The position numbers were made by a program, and so were the translations under genes. From Candidatus Methylomirabilota bacterium (GTDB lineage: Bacteria > Acidobacteriota > Terriglobia > Acidiferrales > UBA7541), in NCBI GenBank assembly GCA_035569815.1, contig DATMMG010000184.1:4017-68016 (forward strand): 64,000 nucleotides of DNA. The letters run 5' to 3'. Positions 28,528-37,519 of the stretch are shown here, in pieces. Each line of letters opens with the position of its first letter. Position 1 is the first letter of the stretch. The notes under the pieces were generated by a model, which was not told the origin of the DNA, did not search any database, and worked only from the letters and a program-made list of their open reading frames with translations.

Positions 28528-28612
28528 GAAATTAGAAATTGGAAAATCGAAAATAGAAAATCGTGAGGCGTAAGTCGTGAGTTGTACTTGGCCACCTGAA
28601 GGTGGCCGCTAC
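28528..28612. repeat. 7-mer tandem repeats plus GTAG-type REP hairpin
   Basis: gaaatta gaaattg gaaaatc gaaaata gaaaatc; tcgtgag gcgtaag tcgtgag; ggccacctgaaggtggccgctac. Confidence 0.8.
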
Positions 28613-28622
28613 GGGAGAGCGG

Positions 28623-30686
28623 ATGGCGGCGGAAAACAGAAGCGGAGTGGGCGGGATCACGGAGATGCTGGTGCCGGTGTCGGCGGTGGCGCTGGTGTTT
28701 GTGATGTTGGTGCCGGTGCCGGCGATCGTGCTGGATATATTTCTGGCGCTGAGCATCACGCTGGGAGTGCTGGTGCTGCTGTCGGCCTTGTACATTCTGC
28801 GGCCGGTGCAGTTTTCGGTTTTTCCGACGTTGCTGCTGTTTTTAACGTTGTTCCGGATTTCGCTGAACGTGGCGAGCAGCCGGCGAATACTGCTGCACGG
28901 GAACGAAGGGATGAGCGCGGCGGGAAGCGTGATCCAGTCGTTCGGGCAGTTCGTGGTGGGTGGAAATTACGTGGTGGGTTTCGTGATTTTTCTGGCGCTG
29001 ATCGCGATTCAATACCTGGTGATCAACCACGGCGCGGTGAGAACGGCGGAAGTGGCCGCGCGTTTTACCCTGGATGCGATGCCGGGAAAGCAGATGGCGA
29101 TTGACGCGGAAATGAACGCCGGGCTGATCGACGAGCACCAGGCGCGGGCGCGGCGGGAAGTGATTGCGAAGGAAGCGGAATTTTACGGCGCGATGGATGG
29201 CGCGGCGCGGTTCAGCCAGCGGGACTCGCTGGCAACGATTCTGATAACAGCGATCAACATTATTGCCGGATTCCTGATCGGGGTGTTGCAACTGAACATG
29301 CCGATCGGCGATGCGGCGAAGACGTTTACGGTGCTGACGGTGGGGGACGGGCTGGTGACGTTGATTCCGTCGCTGCTGGTTTCGGTGGCGGGAGGCATCG
29401 TGGTGACGCGGACATCGAGCGAAACTACGGTGGGCGTGGAGTTTGGAAGGCAGCTGTTCGGGCGGAAGATTCCACTGCGGATTGCGGCGGGGGTGATGCT
29501 GCTGCTCGGGCTGATTCCCGGGCTGCCGAAGATGCCGTTCTTCCTGCTGGCGGGGTTGATGGCGTACCTGGCATCGCGCGCGTCGGCGAAGGCGTTTGAG
29601 GCAGTGAAGACAGCGGAAATTGTGGCGGATAAAAAGAAAGTGGATCCGCAGCAGCAGCTGGAAACCTTGCTGCGGCTGGACGAAATCAGTTTGGAAGTGG
29701 GTTACGCACTGGTGCCGCTGGTGGATGCGGGGCAGGGCGGGCAATTGCTGCAGCGGATCCGCGCGCTGCGAAAACACCTGGCGTTGCAACTGGGATTCCT
29801 GGTGCCTTCTGTGCACATCACGGACAACCTGAAGTTGAAGCCACGGGAATACATCGTGCTGCTGCGAGGAGTGGAAGTGGCGCGATGGGAATTGCAGCAG
29901 GACCGATTGCTGGCAATCAGTTCGGACCCGAGCGCGGGCCAACTGGACGGGCTGCCGACGCAAGAGCCGGCGTTCGGGGCATCGGCATTGTGGATCGTGC
30001 CGGGACTGCAGGAGCAGGCGCTGGCGAACGGATACGCGGTAGTGGACCAGACGTCGGTGCTGGCGACGCACCTGGCGGAAATTGTGCGGCAGTACGCGCA
30101 TGAACTTCTGACGAGGCAAGAGACGAAGCGATTGCTGGACGCGATGGCGGAAACGCAACCGAAGCTGGTGGACGAACTGGTGCCGCGGCTCTTGAGTTTG
30201 GGCGAAGTGCAGAAAGTCTTGCAGCAACTTTTGCGGGAGCAGGTTTCGATTCGCGACCTGACTACGATTCTGGAATCGATGCTGGATACGGCGGTGACGA
30301 ACAAGAGCCAGATCGCGCTGGTGGAAGCGGCGCGGCAGACGCTGGGCAGGTCTCTGGTGCAGCCTTTGCTTGGCGAGGATCGCAAGCTGAAGGTGCTGAC
30401 GCTCGACCCAATTATCGAGAACGAGTTGCAGAGACAGATTGAGCCGCAATCGGCGGGAGACAAGAGCGCGGGGGGAGTGGGCACGACACTGCGGCAGATT
30501 CTGGAAGGATTGCAGCGGATGGTGGGCGACAAGGTGGCGCTCAGCTCGACGATTGTGTTGTGCAGCAGCCCGTCGCGGTATCACCTGCGGCGGCTGCTGG
30601 AGCCGTTCGTGCCGCGGATTGTGGTGCTCTCCCCGGCGGAGATTCCGGCGAGCGTTTCGGTGCAGACACTTGGAGTGGTGCGATGA
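28623..30686 (+). CDS. flhA: Flagellar export protein FlhA
   Basis: AEVAARFTLDAMPGKQMAIDA, FYGAMDGA, TVGDGLV. Confidence 0.97.
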   Translation: MAAENRSGVGGITEMLVPVSAVALVFVMLVPVPAIVLDIFLALSITLGVLVLLSALYILRPVQFSVFPTLLLFLTLFRISLNVASSRRILLHGNEGMSAAGSVIQSFGQFVVGGNYVVGFVIFLALIAIQYLVINHGAVRTAEVAARFTLDAMPGKQMAIDAEMNAGLIDEHQARARREVIAKEAEFYGAMDGAARFSQRDSLATILITAINIIAGFLIGVLQLNMPIGDAAKTFTVLTVGDGLVTLIPSLLVSVAGGIVVTRTSSETTVGVEFGRQLFGRKIPLRIAAGVMLLLGLIPGLPKMPFFLLAGLMAYLASRASAKAFEAVKTAEIVADKKKVDPQQQLETLLRLDEISLEVGYALVPLVDAGQGGQLLQRIRALRKHLALQLGFLVPSVHITDNLKLKPREYIVLLRGVEVARWELQQDRLLAISSDPSAGQLDGLPTQEPAFGASALWIVPGLQEQALANGYAVVDQTSVLATHLAEIVRQYAHELLTRQETKRLLDAMAETQPKLVDELVPRLLSLGEVQKVLQQLLREQVSIRDLTTILESMLDTAVTNKSQIALVEAARQTLGRSLVQPLLGEDRKLKVLTLDPIIENELQRQIEPQSAGDKSAGGVGTTLRQILEGLQRMVGDKVALSSTIVLCSSPSRYHLRRLLEPFVPRIVVLSPAEIPASVSVQTLGVVR

Positions 30687-30726
30687 GTGAAGGGAGGAGA
30701 GAAAGAGGATCCCGGGAGAGCGAGCC

Positions 30727-31524
30727 ATGTTGACGACGACAACAAACAAAGAGGGGCGCGCGACCGCAAAGGATCCCCTGGAGCGGGAGAGGCTGCTGCA
30801 GGAGAATCTGCCGGAGGTGCGTTACATCGCGCGGCGGATTCACGACCGGATACCGTCGCACGTGCCGTTCGACGACCTGGTGCACGCGGGGATATTGGGA
30901 TTGATCGATGCGGTGGACAAATTCGACGCCAGTCGAAACGTGCAGTTGAAGTCATACGCCCAGTTCCGGATCCGGGGAGCGATTCTGGACAGCTTGCGAC
31001 AGATGGATTGGGGACCTCGGGCGCTGCGGCGGCAGGCGAGGAAGATTGAAGAAGCACAGAGAGAGCTGGCGGCGAAACTGGGTCGCGCCGGAAGCGAGCC
31101 GGAAATAGCCGGACAGATGGGAATCACGCTGGAAGAGTACCAGCAGCTGATCGGAGAACTGCGCGGGCTGGATCTGGGGAGCCTGCAGGCGGGCACGAGC
31201 GAAGAAAGCCCGGAGAATCCACATGTGTCGGTGACCGCAAAGGAAGAAGAGGACCCGTTCCACCAGTATGCGCGGACGGAGATGCGTGAGTTTCTGGCTA
31301 AAGCGATCGAAGAGCTGGATGAGAAAGAAAGGCACGTGCTGGGGCTGTATTACCTGGAAGAGCTGACGATGAAAGAAGTGGGGCTGATTCTTGATATCGG
31401 AGAATCGCGCGTATCGCAGATTCACACGGCAGCGATATTGCGGCTGCGGGTGCGGATGCGGGAGAAGATTGGGACGAAGGATCGGAATTCGCGGGATTCG
31501 AATCCCGTTTGGGGCGACGGATGA
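30727..31524 (+). CDS. fliA: RNA polymerase sigma28 FliA
   Basis: RIRGAILDSLRQMDW, EELTMKEVG, ESRVSQIH. Confidence 0.96.
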   Translation: MLTTTTNKEGRATAKDPLERERLLQENLPEVRYIARRIHDRIPSHVPFDDLVHAGILGLIDAVDKFDASRNVQLKSYAQFRIRGAILDSLRQMDWGPRALRRQARKIEEAQRELAAKLGRAGSEPEIAGQMGITLEEYQQLIGELRGLDLGSLQAGTSEESPENPHVSVTAKEEEDPFHQYARTEMREFLAKAIEELDEKERHVLGLYYLEELTMKEVGLILDIGESRVSQIHTAAILRLRVRMREKIGTKDRNSRDSNPVWGDG

Positions 31525-32498
31525 AGAAAATTCTGTCACAAGACGAAATTGACGCCCTGTTTGCGGCGGCAAAGCATTCACAGCGAAGCGTTTCTGGACG
31601 AAAGATGCAGGCGTGTGACTTGCGCAAACTGGGAGCGTTGAACGCGGACCAGGTGCGGGTGGTGACGACGCTGCACGAAACGTTCGCACGGCGTTTGGGC
31701 GGATCGCTGGGCGCTTACTTGCGTGTGGGATTCGACATGAACCTGGTGTCGGTGGAGCAGATTTTGTACTCGGAATTCCTGAGCCGGTTGCCGGAGCTGA
31801 CCTACCTGGCGTCGCTGCAGGTGTTGCCCCTGGATGCGCGGGCGACGATGCAGGCGGATCTGTCGCTGGTGTTCCCGATCGTAGACCTGGTACTGGGCGG
31901 ATCGGGCGCCGACCCCATCGAGCTGCGAGAAATGACGGAAATCGAAGAACAGATATTTGAAACGGTGGTACGAGTGATCGCGCGGGATTTGCAGACGACC
32001 TGGACGCCGGTGCTGCCGCTGGACATTCAATTCGACCAGCGCCAACAGCATACGCAAGTGCATGGATTAATGCTGCCAACCGAGAAAGTGATGTCGCTGA
32101 CGTTTGAGATCCGGCTGCCGGACGCGCGCGGGACGCTGAACCTGGCGTTCCCGGCGGTGATTTCGAACGCGCTGCTGAGGAAACTATCGGTGCAGTGGTC
32201 GTATGCGGAGAGAAGCCCGTCGCAGGAATTGAGGCGCCAGTTGCAGGATCGGCTGCTGGAAAGCCGGTTCGCGGTGGATCTCAGTTTGCCGCCGAGCCCG
32301 CTTTCGATCCGGGAAATCGTGGAGCTGGAGCCAGGGCGGGTGCTGGTGTTGCCCAAACGGGCGCAGGACCCGATTAATTTGAACGTGGCCGGCAAACCGA
32401 TGTTCCACGCGTATCCGATCCGGCAGGGATCGAATCGCGGGGCGCGAGTTGAAAGACGAGTGAGTTTGCGCGGGAGCGCGAAAGTGGAGGGAGCATGA
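31521..32498 (+). CDS. fliM: Flagellar motor switch FliM
   Basis: N-terminal CheY-binding LSQDEIDALF; CheC-like middle domain; C-terminal SpoA. Confidence 0.95.
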   Translation: MKKILSQDEIDALFAAAKHSQRSVSGRKMQACDLRKLGALNADQVRVVTTLHETFARRLGGSLGAYLRVGFDMNLVSVEQILYSEFLSRLPELTYLASLQVLPLDARATMQADLSLVFPIVDLVLGGSGADPIELREMTEIEEQIFETVVRVIARDLQTTWTPVLPLDIQFDQRQQHTQVHGLMLPTEKVMSLTFEIRLPDARGTLNLAFPAVISNALLRKLSVQWSYAERSPSQELRRQLQDRLLESRFAVDLSLPPSPLSIREIVELEPGRVLVLPKRAQDPINLNVAGKPMFHAYPIRQGSNRGARVERRVSLRGSAKVEGA

Positions 32499-33355
32499 GC
32501 GCCGCGTTGACGGGAGGGATAGCGGCATTCGTTGACGTGTGGAAGGCAACGTTCGTGAAGGTGCTGACGCCGTTGGGAGCCACGAATGCAGCGGCAGCGG
32601 AGGCCGATGGCACGGCGCTGCAGCCGGTGGGCGAGACGCAAGAAGGAATCCTGAGCGTGAAGTTCAGTGGGGGCGGCTGCCTGAAAGGCGAGATGCTGTG
32701 GACGTGCGAAAAAACAGCGGCAGTGCAGTGCGCACAATTGCTGATGTCGGAAGCACCGGATCCGGCAGCGGAATTCAGCGCGACGCATACGGATGGCTAC
32801 CTGGAATTTCTGCGGCAAGTAGCCGGGGAAGCCGCGATGGCCTGGAAACAAGAGCGAGGGGAGCCGACGGAGATTGTGTACCAGGCTGAAACAGGAGCGA
32901 AATTCGAAACGCATTCGACGGCGACGTTCAGCCTGGCGAGCGACAAATGCAAAGAGCTGAAGTTTCGTGTGGACATGGATGCAAGCATGGCGGAGTCGCT
33001 GGCGACGAAACCAGAAGCGGCGGAAAACGCGTCCGAGGAGCCTCAAAGTGAGGCGGAAGGGGCTGCTGGAGGAGGGACAACAGGATTGTCGTCCAACCTG
33101 GACCTGATTCTGGATGTGCAATTGGATGCGACGATCCGGTTCGGCGAAAGGGAGATGCTCTTGCAGGATGTATTTGGGTTGATGCCGGGTTCGGTAGTGG
33201 AGCTGAACCAATTGGTAAGCGAGCCGGCGGAATTGTTGGTGGCGGGCCGGCTGGTGGCCAAGGGGGAAGTGGTGGTGGTGGACGGAAATTTCGGGCTGCG
33301 GGTGACGGAAGTGGTGAGCCGGAACCAGCGGGCGGCGATGTTGGAGATTGCTTAA
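32495..33355 (+). CDS. fliN: Long FliN (N-terminal CheC/CheX-like domain plus SpoA domain)
   Basis: NLDLILDV...GEVVVVDGNFGLRVTE. Confidence 0.9.
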   Translation: MSAALTGGIAAFVDVWKATFVKVLTPLGATNAAAAEADGTALQPVGETQEGILSVKFSGGGCLKGEMLWTCEKTAAVQCAQLLMSEAPDPAAEFSATHTDGYLEFLRQVAGEAAMAWKQERGEPTEIVYQAETGAKFETHSTATFSLASDKCKELKFRVDMDASMAESLATKPEAAENASEEPQSEAEGAAGGGTTGLSSNLDLILDVQLDATIRFGEREMLLQDVFGLMPGSVVELNQLVSEPAELLVAGRLVAKGEVVVVDGNFGLRVTEVVSRNQRAAMLEIA

Positions 33356-33365
33356 GGACGTGGCC

Positions 33366-34355
33366 ATGATGCAAGAAGAGGCGGAAGAGTTCGAGGTCGC
33401 GTGGGACTGGCGGCGCATTCAGGACGCGGGGGAGCAGTTGTGGAAGCGGTGGACGGTGCGATGCGGAGCGCCGGAATGCAAACGAGGAGGGGCGGCGAAG
33501 CTGTTGTTGCTGGCGAAGTATTCGGGCGTGCAGTACAACAACCGGTGGTATCACGAAATGGAATGCCTGAGGACGGAGCTGACGGCGCGGCTGAGCGAGA
33601 TACTGCAGAGCTTCGCGAATCGACACGAGCGGGCGCACCGGCTGCCGTTCGGACTGTTGCTGGTGAACCGCGGAGCGATTTCTTCGCAACAATTAAAAGA
33701 GGGATTGCGGCTGCAACGGGAAGCGGGCTACGGGAAGCTAAGTTATTGGCTGGAGCAGATTGTACCCCTGGACGAAGCGGAAGTGACGGCGGCGCTGGGG
33801 CAACAGTGGAGTTGCCCGGTGTTCCGGCCGACGGGGCAGAGCTTATTTGTTGCGGCGGAAGGGAACGTGCCATTTCCGATTCTGGCGGCGGCGAAGGCGG
33901 TGCCGGTGCACTCGACGCTGGGCGGCAAACAGATGCACATCGCGTTTTCAGAACGCATTGACCACACGATGCTGTACGCGGTGGAAGAGATGTTGGGCTG
34001 CCGGACAATTGCGTGTGTTTCGGAAGATTCGATGGTGCGGGAAGCGTTGGAGACATTGCGGCGACGGGACACAGGCACGGAGATTTGTTTTGACACTGTG
34101 CGAGACGCCGGAGAAATGGCGGCGACGGTCTGCAGCTACGCGATGCAGATGGAAGCCCGGCGGATCAAGACGGTAAGGGCCGGGGCGTATATCTGGGTGG
34201 GATTTTACCGTAAGAATTCCCGGCGAGACCTGTTGTTTCGCGTGGCGGGCGCGGGCGGGGACGTTGCCGCCGCGAGCCGGGAGCGGGGTAAAGGAAATTC
34301 GCCTGCTGGCGATAGTCGAAAGGATGGCGTCCCGGACGCCGAGAAACTGGCATGA
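33366..34355 (+). CDS. Uncharacterised protein with Cys/His N-terminus and MshEN/T2SSE_N-like domain, no ATPase
   Basis: PFGLLLVNRGAISSQQLKEGLRLQ followed by a degenerate second repeat ending AALGQQ; AVPV...MHIAFSE segment; no Walker motifs. Confidence 0.75.
   Translation: MMQEEAEEFEVAWDWRRIQDAGEQLWKRWTVRCGAPECKRGGAAKLLLLAKYSGVQYNNRWYHEMECLRTELTARLSEILQSFANRHERAHRLPFGLLLVNRGAISSQQLKEGLRLQREAGYGKLSYWLEQIVPLDEAEVTAALGQQWSCPVFRPTGQSLFVAAEGNVPFPILAAAKAVPVHSTLGGKQMHIAFSERIDHTMLYAVEEMLGCRTIACVSEDSMVREALETLRRRDTGTEICFDTVRDAGEMAATVCSYAMQMEARRIKTVRAGAYIWVGFYRKNSRRDLLFRVAGAGGDVAAASRERGKGNSPAGDSRKDGVPDAEKLA
34289..34315 (+). promoter_or_regulatory. Internal sigma28 promoter TAAA-N15-GGCGATAG for HDOD-cheY-cheX
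   Basis: Exact spacing, one mismatch, 37 nt before the HDOD ATG. Confidence 0.55.
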
Positions 34356-35425
34356 ATGAACCAGTACGAAATGTGAAAGTGCCGGAGCGGCCGAGCGATC
34401 TGTTTGGCGAGCTGGCGGAGCGGCGCAAGAAACGGCTGATGGACCTGCTGAGCAAGGGACTGCCGACGTTGCCGGCTTATTTGCTGGACTTGAACGCGCT
34501 GCTGAGCAGTCCAACGGTGGATTTGAAAAAAGTGGGGAAAGTGATCCGCACGGATCCCAGCCTGACGGCGCAAGTGCTGCGGCTGTGCAATTCTGCCTTA
34601 TTCGGATTGCGGCGGCGAGTGCTGAGTATCGAGCAGGCGGCGGTGCTGCTGGGAACGGAGCGGTTGCGGACGCTGATGTTGACGTGTTCGGTGATGCAGT
34701 TTGCGGGAAAGACCGTTCCCGTAAAGCAGTTGCTGGGATTCTGGCAGCACAGTTTTCTTTCCGCGTTGTTGAGCGAACGAATCGCGCGGGTGGTGGAATA
34801 CCCGGAGAAAGAGCAGGCGTACCTGGGCGGGCTGTTGCACGACATCGGTCAACTGCCGCTTTGGATGCTGATCATGGAAGAGAGCGCGAAAGACCGGCCG
34901 CTGCCACCGGCCAACTGGGTGGACAACCTGAAACTGGAGCGAGAGTATTTCGGGACAGACCACGGAAAAATTGGGCGGTGGATGGCGGTGGCGTGGAACT
35001 TCATGCCGTCATTCATGGATGTGTTCGAACACCATCACGATCCGGAAAATGCGCAGCATGACCCGTACCTGGCGGGAGTGGTCTCCGCGGCGGATCAGTT
35101 TCTGCAGAAGCTGGTCCCGCCGGAAGAAGAGACGCAGGGTGGCGAGGCCACAGATGCGAACGCGGCTTCGAATGCGGCGCTGTCCGCGAACACCCATGAA
35201 CTAGAAGGGCCGGAACAAGAAGGGCCGGGATTCTTGCTGCAATGTTTTCCGCGCCTGACGGAAGAAGAACGCGGGGGATTACTGGAAATGCTGCAGACGG
35301 AGTACCTGCATGTTTTGCCTCTGGTGGAGCTGAGCATGGCCGCAATTGCGCCCGAGCAAGCCGGTGGAACAAATTTCCTGGAGGAGCGAAACCGTGGGCA
35401 AACTACGAGTACTTATCGTGGATGA
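34352..35425 (+). CDS. Stand-alone HDOD domain protein
   Basis: LPTLP, DPSLTAQVLRLCNSALFG, FWQHS, GLLHDIG, GTDH. Confidence 0.9.
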   Translation: MNEPVRNVKVPERPSDLFGELAERRKKRLMDLLSKGLPTLPAYLLDLNALLSSPTVDLKKVGKVIRTDPSLTAQVLRLCNSALFGLRRRVLSIEQAAVLLGTERLRTLMLTCSVMQFAGKTVPVKQLLGFWQHSFLSALLSERIARVVEYPEKEQAYLGGLLHDIGQLPLWMLIMEESAKDRPLPPANWVDNLKLEREYFGTDHGKIGRWMAVAWNFMPSFMDVFEHHHDPENAQHDPYLAGVVSAADQFLQKLVPPEEETQGGEATDANAASNAALSANTHELEGPEQEGPGFLLQCFPRLTEEERGGLLEMLQTEYLHVLPLVELSMAAIAPEQAGGTNFLEERNRGQTTSTYRG

Positions 35426-35780
35426 TTCGTCTGTGATGCGGAAAATCGTGGAACGGTCGTTGCGGCAGGCGGGGCTGGACCTGGGAGAAGTGCTGGAGGC
35501 CGGCAACGGTGCGGAGGCGCTGGCCGAAGTGAACAAGGGAAAGTTTGACCTGATCCTAAGCGACATCAACATGCCGGCGATGGACGGACTGGAATTCCTG
35601 AAGAACCTCGCGAAGGTGGAATCCGCAAAAGGAACGCCTGTGGTAATGATTACCACGGAGGGAAGCGAAGCGCGCGTGGTGGAAGCGCTTTCGGTGGGAG
35701 CGAAGGGATATATCCGCAAGCCGTTCACGCCCGAGCAGGTGAAGGAACGGGTGACGCCCCTGCTGAGAGGTGGACAATGA
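35394..35780 (+). CDS. cheY: Chemotaxis response regulator CheY
   Basis: LIVDDS, SDINMP, MITTE, YIRKPFT; GGAGGA before GTG 35394. Confidence 0.92.
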   Translation: MGKLRVLIVDDSSVMRKIVERSLRQAGLDLGEVLEAGNGAEALAEVNKGKFDLILSDINMPAMDGLEFLKNLAKVESAKGTPVVMITTEGSEARVVEALSVGAKGYIRKPFTPEQVKERVTPLLRGGQ

Positions 35781-36271
35781 GCTCGATGCTGGGGAGGCGG
35801 GCGGAGACGCAGACGCAACTGGATCCGCATTGGAAAGGAATCCTGGAATGCGCGGCAATTGAAGTTTTCGGAATGATGGCGAATGCGGAATTGCGGGTGC
35901 CGGCGGAGCAGCCGGAACAGCCACAAGGAGAGCAGACGGCGATGGTGGGCCTCGCGGGAGCGCTCTGCGGAATGATCACCGTGCGGTGCCGGAAAGAGGC
36001 GGCGGTAAAACTGGCGACACAAATGTTGGGAGAGGATGCCAAGTCAAATCCATCGATGGTGGGAGACGCGCTTGGGGAACTTTGCAACATGGTGGCGGGG
36101 AATTTCAAGTCGAAGATCACGTCGCTGGCGGACCACTGCATGATGAGCGTGCCAACGGTGATTTGGGGCGAAGATTACGTGATGCAGACGGTGCAGCCGA
36201 ACTCGGGGTTCCAGTTTGCCCTGGAGTATGAGGGCTTTCCGGTGTGGTTCTCGCTGGTGACGCACACGTAG
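35777..36271 (+). CDS. cheX: CheY-P phosphatase CheX
   Basis: DALGELCNMVAGNFK (ExxN), SVPTV. Confidence 0.92.
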   Translation: MSSMLGRRAETQTQLDPHWKGILECAAIEVFGMMANAELRVPAEQPEQPQGEQTAMVGLAGALCGMITVRCRKEAAVKLATQMLGEDAKSNPSMVGDALGELCNMVAGNFKSKITSLADHCMMSVPTVIWGEDYVMQTVQPNSGFQFALEYEGFPVWFSLVTHT

Positions 36272-36347
36272 GTTGCAGTTCGTTTTGAGAGTTGCGGAGT
36301 GATCCGGGGAAGGTCGGCCTGGATTTTCAAACTTGCAGATTGGCTGA

Positions 36348-36575
36348 GTTGAGATCCTTCGAGCCGCAAACTACGCGGCCCTCAGGATGACAGCGGGCGG
36401 GTGTGCGTGGGAGTAATGTGAAAGGCGAAAATGGAAATGGAAAATAGAATATGGAAATTCGAAAAGAAAGAAGAAAAATCTAACACAGAGAACACGGAGA
36501 AAGAACGGAGCGTTCACAGAGAGAGCGGCCCGCCTTCCGGGGCGCAAAGAACGCGCCTCGGAAGGCGGGCCCTAC
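36348..36575. repeat. Composite repeat cluster (GAGATCCT...CAGGATGACA hairpin, 7-mer repeat, CAGAG repeat, extended GTAG REP)
   Basis: 36348-36392; about 36426-36465; 36481-36523; ggcccgccttccggggcgcaaagaacgcgcctcggaaggcgggccctac. Confidence 0.8.
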
Positions 36576-36588
36576 GGCGTGCGGAAGG

Positions 36589-36660
36589 GGCAAGGTTTGC
36601 CTAGTGCGGGGACGGAGGTGGCAGAGATTGCCGGATTTGTTTGCGGCGTCAAAAATTGCC
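36589..36660. promoter_or_regulatory. Three candidate activator binding sites G(G/T)CA-N4-TTGCC
   Basis: ggcaaggtttgcc 36589-36601, ggcagagattgcc 36620-36632, gtcaaaaattgcc 36648-36660. Confidence 0.6.
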
Positions 36661-36720
36661 GCTGAGAGGGCGCTGAAGCATTGAATTGGAAGGAGATATC
36701 CGCGTGACAAAATCCTTATT

Positions 36721-36736
36721 TGGGCACTGCCTTGCA
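36721..36736 (+). promoter_or_regulatory. sigma54 promoter for the flgF operon (TGGGCACTGCCTTGCA)
   Basis: GG-N10-GC with TTGCA, 25 nt before the flgF ATG. Confidence 0.6.
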
Positions 36737-36760
36737 ATCTAAGTCCGCGGGAGAACACGA

Positions 36761-37492
36761 ATGGACAGCGGATTCTACTCAACATTCACCGGCTTTTCGA
36801 CGCGACTGGACGCGCTGGAAGTGGTGGCGAACAATTTGGCGAACGCGAACACCACGGGATACAAGGCGCAGGTTTCGTTTTACCGGGCGATGCCCGCATG
36901 GCTGCAGGAGTCACTGACGACGCCACTGAATCAAGTGGTGAACCGGTTTGGAGTGTTGGGCGGAGCGCAACTGGATCTAACACCGGGCAATCTGGAGAAG
37001 ACGGAGAATCCGACGGACGTGGCGCTACAGGGCGCGGGATTTTTCAACGTGCAGACAAAGGCCGGTGTGCGGTTCACACGGGACGGAAATTTTCAATTGA
37101 ATGCGAAACGGCAACTGGTGACGGGGACGGGAGACCCGGTGCTGGGCGAGCAGGGGCCGCTGCAGATTCCTTCGGGGCAAATCACGATCAGCGAGGACGG
37201 AACAATATCGGTGGACGGCGGCGTGGTGGCGAAGCTGAAAGTGACGGAATTTGTGTCGGCGACGGATTTGAAGCCCGAGGGCAACTCGTATTTCGCGTCG
37301 AAGTCGGCGGGAAAGCTTTCGCCGGATCCACGGGTGATGCAGGGGTCGCTGGAGACGTCGAATGCCAACCCGGTGAAGGCGACGGTGTCGCTGATCGAGT
37401 TGCAACGGACAGCGCAGATGATGGAGAAGGCGCTGTCGATATTTCACAACGAGTTCAACAAAACGGCTGCGCAGGATTTACCGAGAGATTAA
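36761..37492 (+). CDS. flgF: Flagellar basal body rod protein FlgF
   Basis: ANNLANANTTGYK, DVALQGAGFF, FTRDGNF, LETSN; precedes flgG. Confidence 0.92.
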   Translation: MDSGFYSTFTGFSTRLDALEVVANNLANANTTGYKAQVSFYRAMPAWLQESLTTPLNQVVNRFGVLGGAQLDLTPGNLEKTENPTDVALQGAGFFNVQTKAGVRFTRDGNFQLNAKRQLVTGTGDPVLGEQGPLQIPSGQITISEDGTISVDGGVVAKLKVTEFVSATDLKPEGNSYFASKSAGKLSPDPRVMQGSLETSNANPVKATVSLIELQRTAQMMEKALSIFHNEFNKTAAQDLPRD

Positions 37493-37519
37493 TCACGGGA
37501 TTACCAGGAGAAAAATAAA

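Noticed and set aside
14893-30686. Export genes as a non-flagellar injectisome
   Set aside because: Rod, hook, L/P-ring, switch and fliA/flgM genes show the system is flagellar
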